Shown here one piece after another: positions 29,638-44,460 of a stretch of DNA of 64,000 nt. The position numbers and the translations under genes were made by a program. Position 1 is the first letter of the stretch; each line of letters begins with the position of its first letter. Source of the stretch: the human T2T-CHM13v2.0 reference genome, Homo sapiens; the NCBI RefSeq assembly GCF_009914755.1, contig NC_060928.1, one strand, 5' to 3'. The notes under the pieces were generated by a model. That model was not told the DNA's origin and did not search any database. It worked only from the letters and a program-made list of their open reading frames with translations.

Positions 29638-30585
29638 GGTGAAAACTGAATAATGTCTGCAGTCAAGTTAATGATCATATAATCAGTGTTTGTTTTTTGG
29701 GTTTTGTATATTACTATAGCTATAAAAGTCATTGTCATTGAGGGAAGCTGGACTATCTTTGCAACTTCCTGTAAGTCTATAAGTATTTTGAAATAACATT
29801 TTTTTGAAAAAGCTATTGTAGTAGAACAGACATATTAGTGTGAGAACAGTCAAAAGATGAAGTAGGGTGATCTCCTCTGGGTACATGAATGATCACATTT
29901 GTGAGTCCCAATGTTAATATTTTGGAGTAAATCAAGATTGTTGATGTTAGAGTTCACTTATTTATCAACTATTATTTGACCCCTCTTCTGTGTCACATGC
30001 TGCTCAAGACATTGAGAGTTGTTGTCAAGCAAAACAGCAACAGTCTCTGTCTTCATGGTGCTTTTGGGGTAAAATTTGGTCTGCAGAGTCTTACATAAAT
30101 TTTTTACATTCCCCTGTGTGAAGATCAGTCTATGCTTCCAAGGGCTAAGGTATGAGTAGAATTCCATTATCACTCATTGACTCTTAAATTCTATGGGCCA
30201 TCTACAATTATGATTCCAAAATAGTTTGATCTTCTTCATATTGTACATTTTAATATTGATGTAATATGTCCCTTTAAGATTTTTTTGAAAAGATTGTTAT
30301 ATTCTTTATGCCCCAATTTTCTATCATCTGAAATGTTGAAATATCATAGAGTAGGCAAGAGAATTTGAAGAAATATTTTTCTCTCTTTAGAACTCTCCTG
30401 AAACAGAGTTGACAATATATTGGCATAATCTGAATTTGATTATAATGTTACTATTGCTGAATAACATTATGTGTTACTGAATAACATATTGTGTGTCAGT
30501 ATTACTAAAATAAATATAAGAATTCTGATTGATCCTCTGGGCAGATTTCCCTAAGCAATTTGCTGCTTTGACCCATTTATTACTA

Positions 30586-30912
30586 CAGATTGTATATCCC
30601 TTATCTGAAATGCTTGGGACCAGAAATGCTTCAGATTTCAGACCTTCTCAGATTTTGGAATATTTGCATACACATAATGAGATATCTTGGTGATAGGATC
30701 CAAGTCTAAACACGGAACTAATTTATGTTTTATAGTCACCTTACACATGTAGCCCAAAGGTAATTTTATACAATATCTCTAATAATTTTGTGGACACATC
30801 ACATGTGGTCAGGTGTGGAATTTTTCACTTGTTTTCATGTTGGCACTTAAAAACTTTTGGATTTTGTAGCATTTCCAGTTTTGGATTTTCAGCTTAGGGA
30901 TGCTTCACATGC
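30586..30912. mobile_element. MER46C-like (Tigger MITE)
   Basis: tcccttatctgaaatgcttgggaccagaa...ttggattttcagcttagggatgct. Confidence 0.8.
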
Positions 30913-31004
30913 ACTTGTGGAAAGCAAGACTCCATATTCTTAAAAAGAAAACAATCAAGAGAAAGCAAAATTGGGAGGTCTTCAGGTCTTTATTACTCTA
31001 TTAA

Positions 31005-31312
<308 letters not shown>

Positions 31313-32663
31313 ACTCTATTAATTTAAAAGGCGGTGGGTAGGCTTGGTTGGCCATAACAGTAGAAAGAAAATAAAGTGGTGCATAAGTGATTGAGGAGAA
31401 GTTACTAAGTCCTCAACCTACAGACTAACTGAAAATATTTGTCTTAGAGATAAACATCCAGAATTCTCTTTCCAAATCCATATTTAAAAATACATTGTCC
31501 TGATTACTCAACCACTTAGTCATTAGTTCCAAATAGGTGATTCCTGTTCTTTCTTTTATTTCTAGAGGAAAGTAATTATGAATTAGTGGTATCTATACAA
31601 ATACTTAAGGTTCCTTGAGACACTAGATCTATAATTTCTGATTCTAGTATTATGATGACTAAAAATATGCAAGTTAAAATTTAAAACTTGTATTAAGTTT
31701 TGTTATAAAATTTAGTCTGGAGTGTTAATCAAATTTTTAATTCAAATTTATCAAAGTCACAGTATAATTCAGACATAGTAGTATACATAGATCTTCTGAA
31801 AATATACTTTTCAAAATAAATTACAGATATTTATTTTGTCACTCACCCATTATGCATCTATTGAGTACTTACTACAAGGCAGGTAGTATAAGGAAAACAA
31901 AGTGGAATGCCAAATTTCCTTGCACTTAAGAAGAACTGTATAGTTTACATGTGGTTGTGGTAGAATGACTTAATTTATCTATCAAGTATATACTCTGTAC
32001 GCTGATTATTAAGTGTTTTAGAAGGATTTACAATTTTTTTGTGGTTTCACTTGAATTCAGGAATCATTTATATGCCAATTATGCAGCTCTTTCTTTTTCG
32101 TTATTTAAATTACTTGAAAAAAATGAAATGTTTAATGGCCTCACCAGTCTTAGAGAAAATTCAGTGAGTCTCATTATTAGATAGTCACATTGAAGAGTCA
32201 AGCTTTAACTCTACAACCCACGATAAAATTAGACTCCTCAAGGAGTCTCAAGCTCTTTGAGGAAAGGGGCCTTGTTTTACTCAACCATGTATTCCCATTA
32301 TAGCACCTAGTTGGATCCCCTGTTTGTTTCATCCTTATGTTTATTTGATGAAAAATCAATACTAAAATTTTTTTAAAGATATATTTTGAGATACGGTACT
32401 TGAAAAGTAATATAATCTCCTCTGTGTTCCAGACTCTAAATATAAACAACAAAACAAATAATCAAAATAGGGCCTTACATTTTATCTGTTTATTAGAAAC
32501 GAACAGATATAACAAAGATGAATGCATGTTTATTCTCTAAGCATCTGCAATAGATCAAAGTTACCAGAATTGCATTCTTAAAAAGAAAAATACTTGAAGC
32601 TTAAATTATAGGCTTGTTTTTACTGTTCACTTTAAATTTTCTATTTCCAAACATGGAGGATAA

Positions 32664-32964
<301 letters not shown>

Positions 32965-33729
32965 AATTTTATTTTTCTTGAATTTGTTTTAACTTCATAC
33001 TTATGCATAACTGAATCTTCCACAACATTTATATTCTGGTATCCCTTTATCATCATAGGTAAATTACAGTTCACAAGTTAATATAAAAATATGTGTCACT
33101 AGAAATATTAGGCAATAACTTCAGTAACTAGGTGACAATGATGTCAAAACTCGAGAAATAAAATACAATATTGAGGCTAGCCCTAAGAAAAGAGTCTAAA
33201 TCTATACCAATTCAACTACTTAACGCCCTTGGTATGTTTTGTTGTTCACTGAGAAATCTGTCAACTCTGATTCAGTTGAACTGAATCTCCCAGTTTGTTT
33301 CTTTATTTGTTTTTATGTTTTTCTCACTGCCAAAGTTTGTTTGAAATTTCCATTAGTTAAAACTTCTAGCAATTTCACAGTAATGAGAACACTAACATAA
33401 TTGTATTAACATTTTCGTACTGTTCGAGGTCAGTATATTTATTTGGTTGTTTCAAGTTTAAACAATAATAATTGAAATGGAACTATAGAAGAATTTGTAT
33501 AAGAAGGACAAATTCATTTCACTACAATGAAGAAGCAAACATTAGTTCAATTCAACCAACAATGACTGAAGGGCTACCATGTGCCAGTGAGTATCATGGT
33601 ATCCATACTCAAAAGCCACCGCCACGTGTCTTACACCCCCATGCTGTATTATGTATGTATATATCCATATCATTCTAATTGTCATTATCACCATTACCAC
33701 CACAGATGTTTAGCCAAATAGGTACATGG

Positions 33730-34695
33730 ACTCCTCTCCCATTCAGTCACTCTTCAACACAACAACTCAAGTGATCCTATTAAGTGAAAGTTGTATGACA
33801 TCATTTCTTTGCTGAAAGCCTTCCAGTGGCTTCCCACACCACCCAGAGTAAACGCCAAAGTTCTCACTTTGGCCTGTCAACACCCATATGCTGTAGCCCC
33901 CATCACCTCTCTGTCCTCATTTCACACTGCCTTTCATATGGCTCACATACTGTGCTCCAGCCACATTGCCACCTCACTGTGTCTAGACCTTTGCAGATGC
34001 TATTCCCTCTGCTTAAAAAGTTATTTACCTCCCTCACTTTGCCTCTTTTATCAAAATCTTTATTGTCATCTTAACAGTCAGGCTATGCTTGACACCCACT
34101 TAATACTTGCAGCTGAGCATGGTGGCTCACGCCTATAATCCCAGCACTTTGGGAGGCCGAGGTGGTGGATTGCTTGAGGTCAGGAGTTCAAGACCAGCCT
34201 GACCAACATGGTGAAACCCCGTCTCTACTAGAAACACACACATGCACACAAAATTAGCTGGGCATGGTGGCAGGTACCTGTAACCGCAGCTACTGGAGAG
34301 GCTGAGTCAGGAGAATTGCTTGAACCCAGGAGGCAGAAGTTGCAGTGAGCCGAGATTGTGCCACTGCCCTCCGGCCTGGGCATCAGAATGAGACTCTGTC
34401 TCAAAAAACGAAACAAAACAAAAAAATTTGCAAGTCGCCTCCCCCAACACAGCCTATCCCCTTCCTCTGCTTTTCTTCTTCTTCTTATCCTTAGCACTTC
34501 TTAATATCTAATATAATGCATGTTTTTACTTTTATCCTATTTATCGTCTGTCTCTCCTACTAATGTAAGCTCTATAAGGGCAGAGATTGTTATTTTTGGT
34601 TGTTTTCATTGCTTACTTCTGTATCGCCAGCACTTAGGATAGTAGTTGGCATGTGGTAAGCAATCAATAATTCTTGGTTGAGTTAAGGAATAAAT
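33730..34695 (+). mobile_element. L2a 3' region interrupted by an Alu
   Basis: ccttccagtggcttccca...taatgtaagctctataagggcagaga...caataattcttggttgagt. Confidence 0.78.
34111..34426 (+). mobile_element. AluSx-like
   Basis: Dimeric Alu with (CA)n in the linker. Confidence 0.9.
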
Positions 34696-34709
34696 AACAA
34701 TATTACTAC

Positions 34710-34900
34710 CATTATGAAACATTTATTAAGCTATTATTCTCTGCCATATACTTTGCTAGGTACTTTAAATGCATATTTCCATTATTCTCCTCAAATAAAT
34801 ACAAGTATATTATTATCTCCATTTAGCAGATGAAAAAAATCTAAGGCACAGAGAGGCATTACAATTTGTCCAAGGTTACATCGCTTTTAAATGATGGAGT
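34710..34900 (-). mobile_element. MIR
   Basis: attatctccatttagcagatgaaaaaaatctaaggcacagagag...tccaaggttaca. Confidence 0.7.
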
Positions 34901-35854
34901 GTTTATTTCATTATATTGTAAGAAGATATGTCTGTTACTACTACAGTTTTTCATTAATTCTAATAGTCTCATTATTTTACTCTTAAACATCTCATGAGTT
35001 GGGATGTGCCTAACCATTGAAGGCATGTCAGAGTTAAATTGACAGATTTTTTTTTTCTTTCTAAGTGGTACATAGAATAATTGATGATGTTGTAGCGTCC
35101 ATAAGATACAGTTTATTAACTCTTCTTGAGGGTAGTACTCTTTGCTTCATCTCTGAATCCCCGATGCCCAGCACAATGTGTAATGCAAGACAATTACACA
35201 ATGTGTAATGCAAGACAATCAATAAATATAGGCTGAATGAACAGAGTTTGTGTATTTCTCCTCTTTGTATTTTCTATCTTCTTTGGTAGCTTTTTCCATA
35301 AGGCTTTTTAGAGAAGGCTTCCATGAGAGCAAGGAACATAATAATTATTATTCAACATTTTATTCCCAGTACAATGCCTGTCACATGATAGTTGATTAAT
35401 AAATATGGATGGAATAAATTAATCTTATAGTTCCCAGAGCTGAGCTCTCTCACAGGCATATAACATATGCCATATTCTGATACTTTTTAAAAATTACTTC
35501 AAACCTTTATCGGTTCATCAGAAAATATGGGTACATATAGGTTCTTGAGTCAAACTGCCTGCATTAAAATTCTGGCTCTACCACTTGTGAATGCTATGAG
35601 ATTGGGAAATTTATGTAACCTCTCTGTGCCTCAGTTATGCATGTAGAGCTTTAGAACACTGCCTGGTACATAATAAATGCTCAAGAAATGCCAGAGATTA
35701 TTTCACACTATTGTTTCCTTGTTGTTTATTGACTTATTTGTATGCTGAACTCTATAGCAAGCTTTCTAGAATCAACAGTTTTTTCCTTAGGTGGTCCTGA
35801 ATCCTTACTTAGGGGATTTAAACTGCCGTAAACAAAAATAAATTAGCTCTATAA

Positions 35855-36211
<357 letters not shown>

Positions 36212-36226
36212 AAGACCCAACTCTTA

Positions 36227-36645
<419 letters not shown>

Positions 36646-36649
36646 CAGT

Positions 36650-36862
36650 GGGTCTCCTTAACAGTGCCCATGTTGTTCCATTGTTCTACTTATGAATTTG
36701 TAACCTTTGGAGAATTACTGAATCTCTTCGAGACTCAGTTTTGCCATCTGTAAAATAATGATAATTAATAGTGCCTTCTAACAGATTTGTTGTCCTAATT
36801 AAATGAGTTAGTCCTTGTAAAGTGTTCAGAATATTGCCGGGCCCATAATAAGTGCTCAGTAA
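36650..36862 (+). mobile_element. MIR
   Basis: ctcagttttgccatctgtaaaataatgataat...taagtgctcagtaa. Confidence 0.75.
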
Positions 36863-36984
36863 GTTCCCAGCAGGTCTGGACCATAGTAACGCCTATAAAA
36901 GCATATGTGAGCAGTATTTGGGACAAATTAATTTCCAAATCCATTAAAATTTTTACATATGTTCACATATGTGTTAAAGTTTCA

Positions 36985-37210
36985 ACAGCATTGTCCTAGT
37001 GGAAAGGGATAGATTTTAATAGACCTGGATTAGAATCATGATCCTATCAATTACCAGCTATGTAAGCTCGGGGGAATTATTTAATTTAACCTATTTCATC
37101 TCTGAAATGAAGATGAGTATGCTTACCCAAAACTTGTTGGGAGTACTAAATTAGACAGCACATATGTAAAACATTCAGGACAGTTTCTGGCATGGTAGGG
37201 GCTAAATATG
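36985..37210 (+). mobile_element. MIR
   Basis: tagtggaaag...agacctggattagaatc...catctctgaaatga. Confidence 0.65.
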
Positions 37211-37911
37211 CACCAGATAATATAAATAAATGCCCCCCAAAATCTTATATTTTTGCTTATCTTATATGATAAAGCCACTACAATTTTGTGTTTATTTAAA
37301 CAGATAGCTTCCTCAATATCCTTGCCATGAAAGAACTAGAAAGTATAAATGGATCCAATTACAAAAATAAATATGCTTTCATATTGCTGATAGTCTGTGG
37401 AGTTTCACTATCTCGGGAGGCCATGGAGCCAAGTATTAAAATGAATTCTGAAGAGAATTAGATAATTTCATGACCGATAATATGAATGCTTCTTTTTAAA
37501 AACTAGATGTAATCAAATCTGCTGCCACCAACTGATAGCCATGGGGTCTCAGGCAGAATTTCCTCTTTCTACCCAGGGCACTGCACAAGTAGCCAAAAGC
37601 TACTGACAGCATTGTTATGGTTTCAGTTTTCTTATTTCCTTTATTAGGCCCTTGGGAAGGTTTCTTCAGTAGTGGACTTTGGATGTAAATGAACACTTAA
37701 AGGGTGGGGAGAAGGAAATGCTTCTGTAGTCAGCCAAAAGATTGTCTACTAGAGTGAAGTTAGCACAAAAGAAAGATTTGTAAAGGGAAAACCATGAAGA
37801 AAGGTACATATTTAGAGAGGAAAGGAAAATATGAAGGAGAATAAAAAAGAAAATTAATACATTTTATGAGTAGAAGATAAACCTTTCTTCTCTTGTGAAG
37901 TTTAGACTACA

Positions 37912-38455
37912 TTTGTTTGTTTGTTTGTTTGTTTGTTTGTTTGTTTGTTTGTGACAGAGTCTCACTCTGTCGCCCAGGCTGTAGTGCAGTGGGGCAACCT
38001 GGGTTCACTTCAACCTCTACCTCCTGGGTTCAGGCGATTCTCCTGCCTCAGCGTCCTGAGTAGCTGGGATTACAGGCGCCCACCATCATGCCCGGCTAAT
38101 TTTTTTTTTTGTATTTTTAGTAGAGACAGGTTTAGCCATGTTGGCCAGGCTGGTCTCAAACTCCTGACCTCAGATGATCCGCCTGCCTCAGCCTCCCAAA
38201 GTTCTGGGAGTACAGGCGTGAACCACTACACCCAGCCTTCTTTGCCTATTTTATTACTGATATCATCAGTGAGACTATAGTCACCCACCACCATGCTCTG
38301 GCTAATTTTATTTATTTATTTATTTTTTTATTTTTAGTAGAGATGGGGTTTCACTATGTTGGCCAGGCTGCTCTCAGACCCCTGACCTCAGGTGATCTGC
38401 CCTCCTCAGCCTCCCAAAGTGCTGTGATTACAGGCATGAGCCACTGTGCCCAGCC
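37912..38455 (-). mobile_element. Composite Alu: recipient Alu carrying an inserted copy of the Alu at 45002-45301 plus its flank
   Basis: One tail, two left arms, and outer TSD tagactacatttg (37903-37915) / tagactatttttg (38456-38468). Confidence 0.85.
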
Positions 38456-38855
38456 TAGACTATTTTTGATTGTATAATTTTATATTCTCTCTTATTAATT
38501 TTTTTTAGAAGATGCCCATCCCAAATAATAAAAATATTTGTGATCAAGAATAGTAATGCTTTACTAGATTCTTTTTATTTCCTTCAGCTTCTTCTTAAAG
38601 TGTTAAGGAAGACTTATAATTATATAATGCATGAAATCATTGAGAATGACATTTTTAATAGCAAAGTATTAAAAACATGGAATATGGAGTCAGAGAATGC
38701 CTGTTTAGTTACTACTTGTATGATTATAATTCACTTACTAGTTAAGCCTATATTTTCTCATTTTTAAAACTAGGAATATATAGTAATAATTACTCTACAC
38801 ATTTTTTTGGTCTGAATTAAATGAGATGATAGTGACTTTAAAATATTGCAAAACG

Positions 38856-39212
<357 letters not shown>

Positions 39213-40434
39213 CTATTATTGTACTCCACAAGTTATAACTCGTAATAGCATTCAAAATAATGTTTATTCTTTTCAAGGCAGGCTGAAGGAAAAAAATTAA
39301 ACAAATCAAATTCTAAGAAAGAAACGAGTTATGAACAGTAAATTTCAAAGGACAGGAGAATTAAAATTTTCTTTGGGAAGCAAGATTATGAGGGTAAAAT
39401 GCTAAGAAGGAGTTTTGTTTAGTTATTTTTATGAAAATACTAGTCCGTATAAGCACAATGAGCACAAAAACAGTGATGATATAAGGAAAATTGCAAAATT
39501 TTAATAAAATGTCATATGTAAATAGTCACTCAAACTTAATTTCTTTTAGACAATGACTTTTCTCTGATATACAAACACACAAAGCACTTATAACACATAG
39601 TTTTATTAAGCTAGCTATGTCATCAGGTAAGATTCAATAACAGTATATATTGAAAAAGTGTCATATCGCCTCTCCATTGCTGGAATATAAACTCTCATAG
39701 CCTATAATATAGGCTAGAACTTTGCCAATCAGTGACTGTTCAGCAAATCTATATTTTTTTCTCTTGTATTTAGCAATAAGATGAATCCTTTCTTGGGCGC
39801 TGGTGACAGCATGTCTATCACTAGTACCTATTCTGCCAAAAGTTGGCATTGAACAGAGCCTGCGGTAGTCTTACATAGCAGTAAATGGAAGGGTGGGTAT
39901 GGGGGATCAGGGACAGCCTTTAAAATCAATTTTAATTCTGCTTAAAGTTAAATGGAATGGTATGACCCTGCTTGTAGACATCTCTCTGTGGCACAGTTCC
40001 ATGAAAATAAGTTCTATATTGATCCCTAACATTAGTATGTCTATTAAACTAAGTCCTTCCAATGTCTTTCATAACAAATTGAAGTTTTTTAAAAATACCG
40101 TATCATTGTTATTGCTTCATAAGAGTATATTCACTTTAAATCTAATTGTTCTGAGATAGGATCATTTGGGGGAGAGGGAGCTTTATTTTCTTCCTGAATA
40201 TTTCCACTTTGTCTAATGGACAATGTAAAATGCATTTAAGAAATAATTTTTTCAGTCTGTTAATTGTACACACTCTTAACCACCCCATTTGCTTGTCCCA
40301 CTTTATCCTTTCTCTTATTTTGTGATGCTTCTCTTTTTGTGGGATACTATATTCTCCACTGCCTTCTTGACCTAGTCCTGATGTTCACCTACCTTTACTG
40401 AGAGCTCATTTACTCCTAGTCGGGCACAATACTA

Positions 40435-40870
40435 AAAGCTAAGGAATTAATCCTAACAACACATATTAGTGTATAACCCAGTCTTGGTAAATTTGAAAAG
40501 GCTTCTTGATAGAAATAACATCCAAGCTAAGCTGAAAGGATAAATAGCAGTTAGTTAGCCAGGTGAAAATGGGGGCAAGAACACATTGCAGGATGTGCAA
40601 AGGCCCTGAGGCAGAAAGAACAGGGTGCAGCTGGGGAACCACTGGTAATTTTCTATGGTTTAAAGAATATACTTAAAAGATGAGGAAGCATTATAATGAG
40701 TTGGAGAGAGAAATTCATGAAGGGCTTGGGCATGAAGAAAACAATTCAGCTTTTGTTTGAAGGGCAGACAGAAACCATTTAAGCACTTTAATCAGTAAAC
40801 TAACATATTCCAACTTATACCCTAAGAGTATCTCTGGAAAAAGGTAGAGAATGATTTGAATAGGGTAATT
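40435..40870 (-). mobile_element. L2 fragment
   Basis: aagctgaaggataaatagcagttagttagccagg...tgcaaaggccctgaggcag. Confidence 0.65.
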
Positions 40871-41632
40871 TTAGAAAAAAAATAAAGAACATTAATTTTC
40901 ATTACATGGTACTGGTGCTGTTGTTAAATTATGTTTGGTTTCATTCTATTATCTTTAAAAATCTGAAATCTAAACCACTTAAATAGAGGACAAAGATATA
41001 TTATTAAACCCATGCTAAAATACATATATCACACAGCAAGCAAAAATCTTGTGGTGGTGTGCCATGGCCCGCTGTGCATGATTTGTGCAGTTGAGACAAT
41101 AGGCTGGAGAAATCTTGCACTACGTGTGTAACTGTGTAGTTTGTCATAGTGAAAATGATTGCTGAACAAATCTTTTCACCTCCCAGAGAGTTATATGCTG
41201 ATTAAAATATCTAATCGAAGAAAGGTACCTTCATTTAGAAAGTATTCATCAGTACCTACATAATCCTCGAGAAGGGAAAGAAGACAATTGAAAAACAGAG
41301 CTTCTATTTTACAATTAATTCTTACTCTAGTTCAGAGGCATCCTGAACAAGTTCATTTGAGCATGAGATTATTTAACTAATAATAGGTAACTGCTATGAA
41401 TCTCCATTTTTACATGATCAAACTAAAGAAGACAAAGAAGAAATAGCAATGCTTTGTTTGAAACAAAAACTGTAGCTTATTATCAATGAAAAGATTATAG
41501 TCCCTGTCAAAAAATTAAAAGTTGCTCAAAACGGTCCCTTCAGAAGTACAAATGAGAGCTGGCATTATTTGAATTAAAGGAGTTGGAGAAAATAGTTGGA
41601 GTTAGCTTTTAACTATTGCCTTACTACTTCCC

Positions 41633-42041
41633 TATCTTAGTTCATTTTCTACCACTGTAACAATACCCAAGACGGGGTAATTTATAAAAACAGAATAGTT
41701 TCTTATAGTTCTAGAGGCTGAGAAGTTCAAGGTCAAGGGGCCCACAACTGGCAAAAGTCTTCCTGCTGCATCATCCCATGGCAGAAGGCAGAAGGGCAAG
41801 AGAGCATACAGTTGAGGGGGAGGGGCGGGGACAGGTGGGAGGGGGCCAAACACACATCCTCTTATCAGAAACCCATTTCCAAGATACCTAGCCCTCTCCC
41901 ACAATAATGGCATTAATCCATTCACGAGGGCAGAGCCCTCAGGACTTAATTCCTTCATAAAGGTTCCACTTTTCAACACTCTTACACTGGGGATGAAGTT
42001 TCTAACACATGAACTTTGGGGGACGCATTTAAACTGTAGCA
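41633..42041 (-). mobile_element. MSTB-like solo LTR
   Basis: Ends tatcttagttcatttt / aaactgtagca; 5-bp TSD ttccc at 41628-41632 and 42042-42046. Confidence 0.87.
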
Positions 42042-43946
42042 TTCCCCACGTAGTATGATGTCAAAAAAGATTTTTTTGTCAGCTGGAAAAATAGCACAAA
42101 ATGTTCTTACATCTCAGCAGTGACACCATTGACACACTTTTTTTTAAGCTAATACTATGTAAAAATTTAGTTTTTAAGTTACTCAATTTTCTTTATTGTA
42201 GGTAATGTTTTCTTTTTAAAACATTTGATTTATTATATATGCAAATTATATATATTAGAGACATTTTTATTGTGTATAGTTTTAAGCTTTCAATTGCACT
42301 TAATATTTTGAAATATGTTATTGAATTTTATGTTGGGATTGTGTTATATGTTCAGTGTCAACTTTATTTTATGAATCACGAGCTTTGATTTGGCAAAAGT
42401 AAATATTGAAATGACTATATTGCCATTTTGCTCTGCTACTGCTTTCGTTAACAAATGTTGATGATGGGGAGCTGAACGTAGATAGTGATGATTAGAAAGA
42501 AAAAAATAGATGGATTTCAAATAGAGGCATGAGACAGAATCAAAAAGACTTGGTTATTTGGGAGATATAGTATATGTGGAAGAAGGAGGGAAAATAAGAC
42601 ACTCTGCCTTCTTGTATGAAATTTGAGTAGATGCAATTCTGAACATTACCATTCATATGGAAAGGGACCATGAGAGAAAGAGAAGGAAAGTTGAGAAGAG
42701 AGGGAGGGAAAATAGAAGAAAGAGGCAAAAGACACATAATAGACAGCATCACTTCAAAAAATACTACAATTTCAGTGATGAAATATTCAAAAATATCCCA
42801 TCCCTTCACCATGTCTCTCCTGTTTCTTTGGAAGCTTTATATACACCAAATACATTGTGAATGAACCTGGGGACCTCCTCGGGGCAGCGGAGATGATGAT
42901 ATTTTAAGGGAAGTAGAAAATGAATTACAAACAGCTAGAGACTCATATCAGAATGCCCTACATCTCCTTAAACATGAGTGATCTTGAATCAGACTAGAGC
43001 CAATATCCCTACAGTTTATTGCCAGTAAGTGAGGTTAAGAGTAGTTTCTAATCTTACAGCTAGGTATGCAGTCTGTGTACAGGAAGGACAAGCATACTCT
43101 TGCATTTCCATGATGAGAATATGAATATATTTTCCGAGAAAGATGATTCTTTGCAGTGGTTAATTCCATAGTATGCCTATTCCTTGGAAACATAGGTTCA
43201 ATTACCTAACAAAGAACCTAACTATTTTATTTGGAACTTGGAATACATTTTCCCATTCAAACAATCTTGTTAGAGGATAATTTAGGGTTGTAACTATTTG
43301 GAAACTACTTATACTTTACATTAATGAAAATCAAATTTGAAAATTGTGTGAAGGTGAGTCAGTTCTAAGAGCAATAAAGTAGATCACTAAGCTACTCCAG
43401 TTTGTGTTTAAGGAGACTATATTCAGGATTGCTCTTTATTTTTTAGCTTGTCAGCAGTTTAATTTCTGTTTCCTTTTTTTTTTTTTGTCCTCTCACCTAT
43501 TTGCTGCATATTTAGAAATCCATATTACACTTCATGTGAAAATAAAATTTTATATATAGTTCTCCCTTCTATACAAAGTTTGATAATTCTAAGGAGAGGG
43601 CTTAAAGTTTTAATCATCTAATTGTCAAAAAGGCTGAGAGCATTAGGAAGCTTACTGAAGAGTTGAGTTGTGCTGTAATTTTGTTTCTGGGATTTGAGTT
43701 TCGAAGAACCCTTAAAAAGCTTGTGTTTGGCAGTGGTCAGATGGTTGTTTTGATACTCAAGTGGCATCCTGATACCTTGGTATTGGCTTATTTTTGCCAT
43801 GTTTAAAATGAAAATCAGGTTGAAGACTTCTAGAGCTTTAAAGCTCTTTGAACTGTCAAATAAAAACAATTTCTAAAGTACTAGGACATCTTGAGGTCCT
43901 CCTGTGAACAAGCAATGTAGGTGTTTTCTTTCTAATTTTATTTCAG

Positions 43947-44249
43947 ATATCTCTACCACAGGACCTCTTGGCATGGGAAGCACTACCACCAGTACCACCC
44001 TTCGGACCACAACTTTGAGCCCAGGAAGGAGTACCACCCCGTCAGTGTCAGGAAGAAGAAACCGGAGTACTAGTACCCCATCTCCAGCTGTCGAGGTACT
44101 TGATGACATGACCACACACCTTCCATCAGCATCGTCCCAAATCCCAGCTCTCGAAGAGAGCTGTGAGGCTGTGGAAGCCCGAGAAATCATGTGGTTTAAG
44201 ACTCGTCAAGGACAGATAGCAAAGCAGCCATGCCCTGCAGGAACTATAG
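43947..44249 (+). CDS. ADGRL3: ADGRL3 coding exon, 303 nt, phase 1-1: Ser/Thr/Pro-rich linker and N-terminal half of the hormone-binding (HRM) domain
   Basis: Acceptor ttttatttcag|AT and donor ATAG|gtaagt. Encodes DISTTGPLGMGSTTTSTTLRTTTLSPGRSTTPSVSGRRNRSTS...EESCEAVEAREIMWFKTRQGQIAKQPCPAGTIG, recognised as latrophilin-3. Confidence 0.97.
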
Positions 44250-44311
44250 GTAAGTCTGTGCTAAAGCACTAAGTTAAAACTGTTGTGTTGCTTTGGCTTT
44301 ATTTTCTAGTA

Positions 44312-44460
44312 TTCTTTTCCTTTTCCTTCCTCCTTTCCTCCCTCCCTCCCTTCCTCCCTCCCTCCCTCCTTGTCTCTTTCTTTCTCCTTCCTTCCTTCCT
44401 TCTTTCTTTCTCTCTTTCTCTCTTTCTTTCTTCTTTCTTTCTTTCCTCTTTCTTTTTTTT
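44312..44460. repeat. CT-rich tract just downstream of the 303-nt exon
   Basis: Read directly from the sequence. Confidence 0.92.

Larger units (their letters stand above)
28510..29812 (+). mobile_element. L1M 3' end interrupted by MLT1B
   Basis: ctgtatgatttcatttatataacat...gttctgtatcttga; resumes after 29642 and runs to gcaacttcctgtaagtcta. Confidence 0.75.

Noticed and set aside
41632-42042. 136-aa ORF
   Set aside because: Coincides with the MST LTR; a chance open frame with a non-ATG start.
43873-44190. 105-aa minus-strand ORF
   Set aside because: Antisense shadow of the real ADGRL3 exon, with no independent coding or splice evidence.
43904-44272. ORF-track 122-aa protein as a standalone gene
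   Set aside because: It is the 303-nt exon plus in-frame intronic flanks; the true boundaries are the AG/GT sites.
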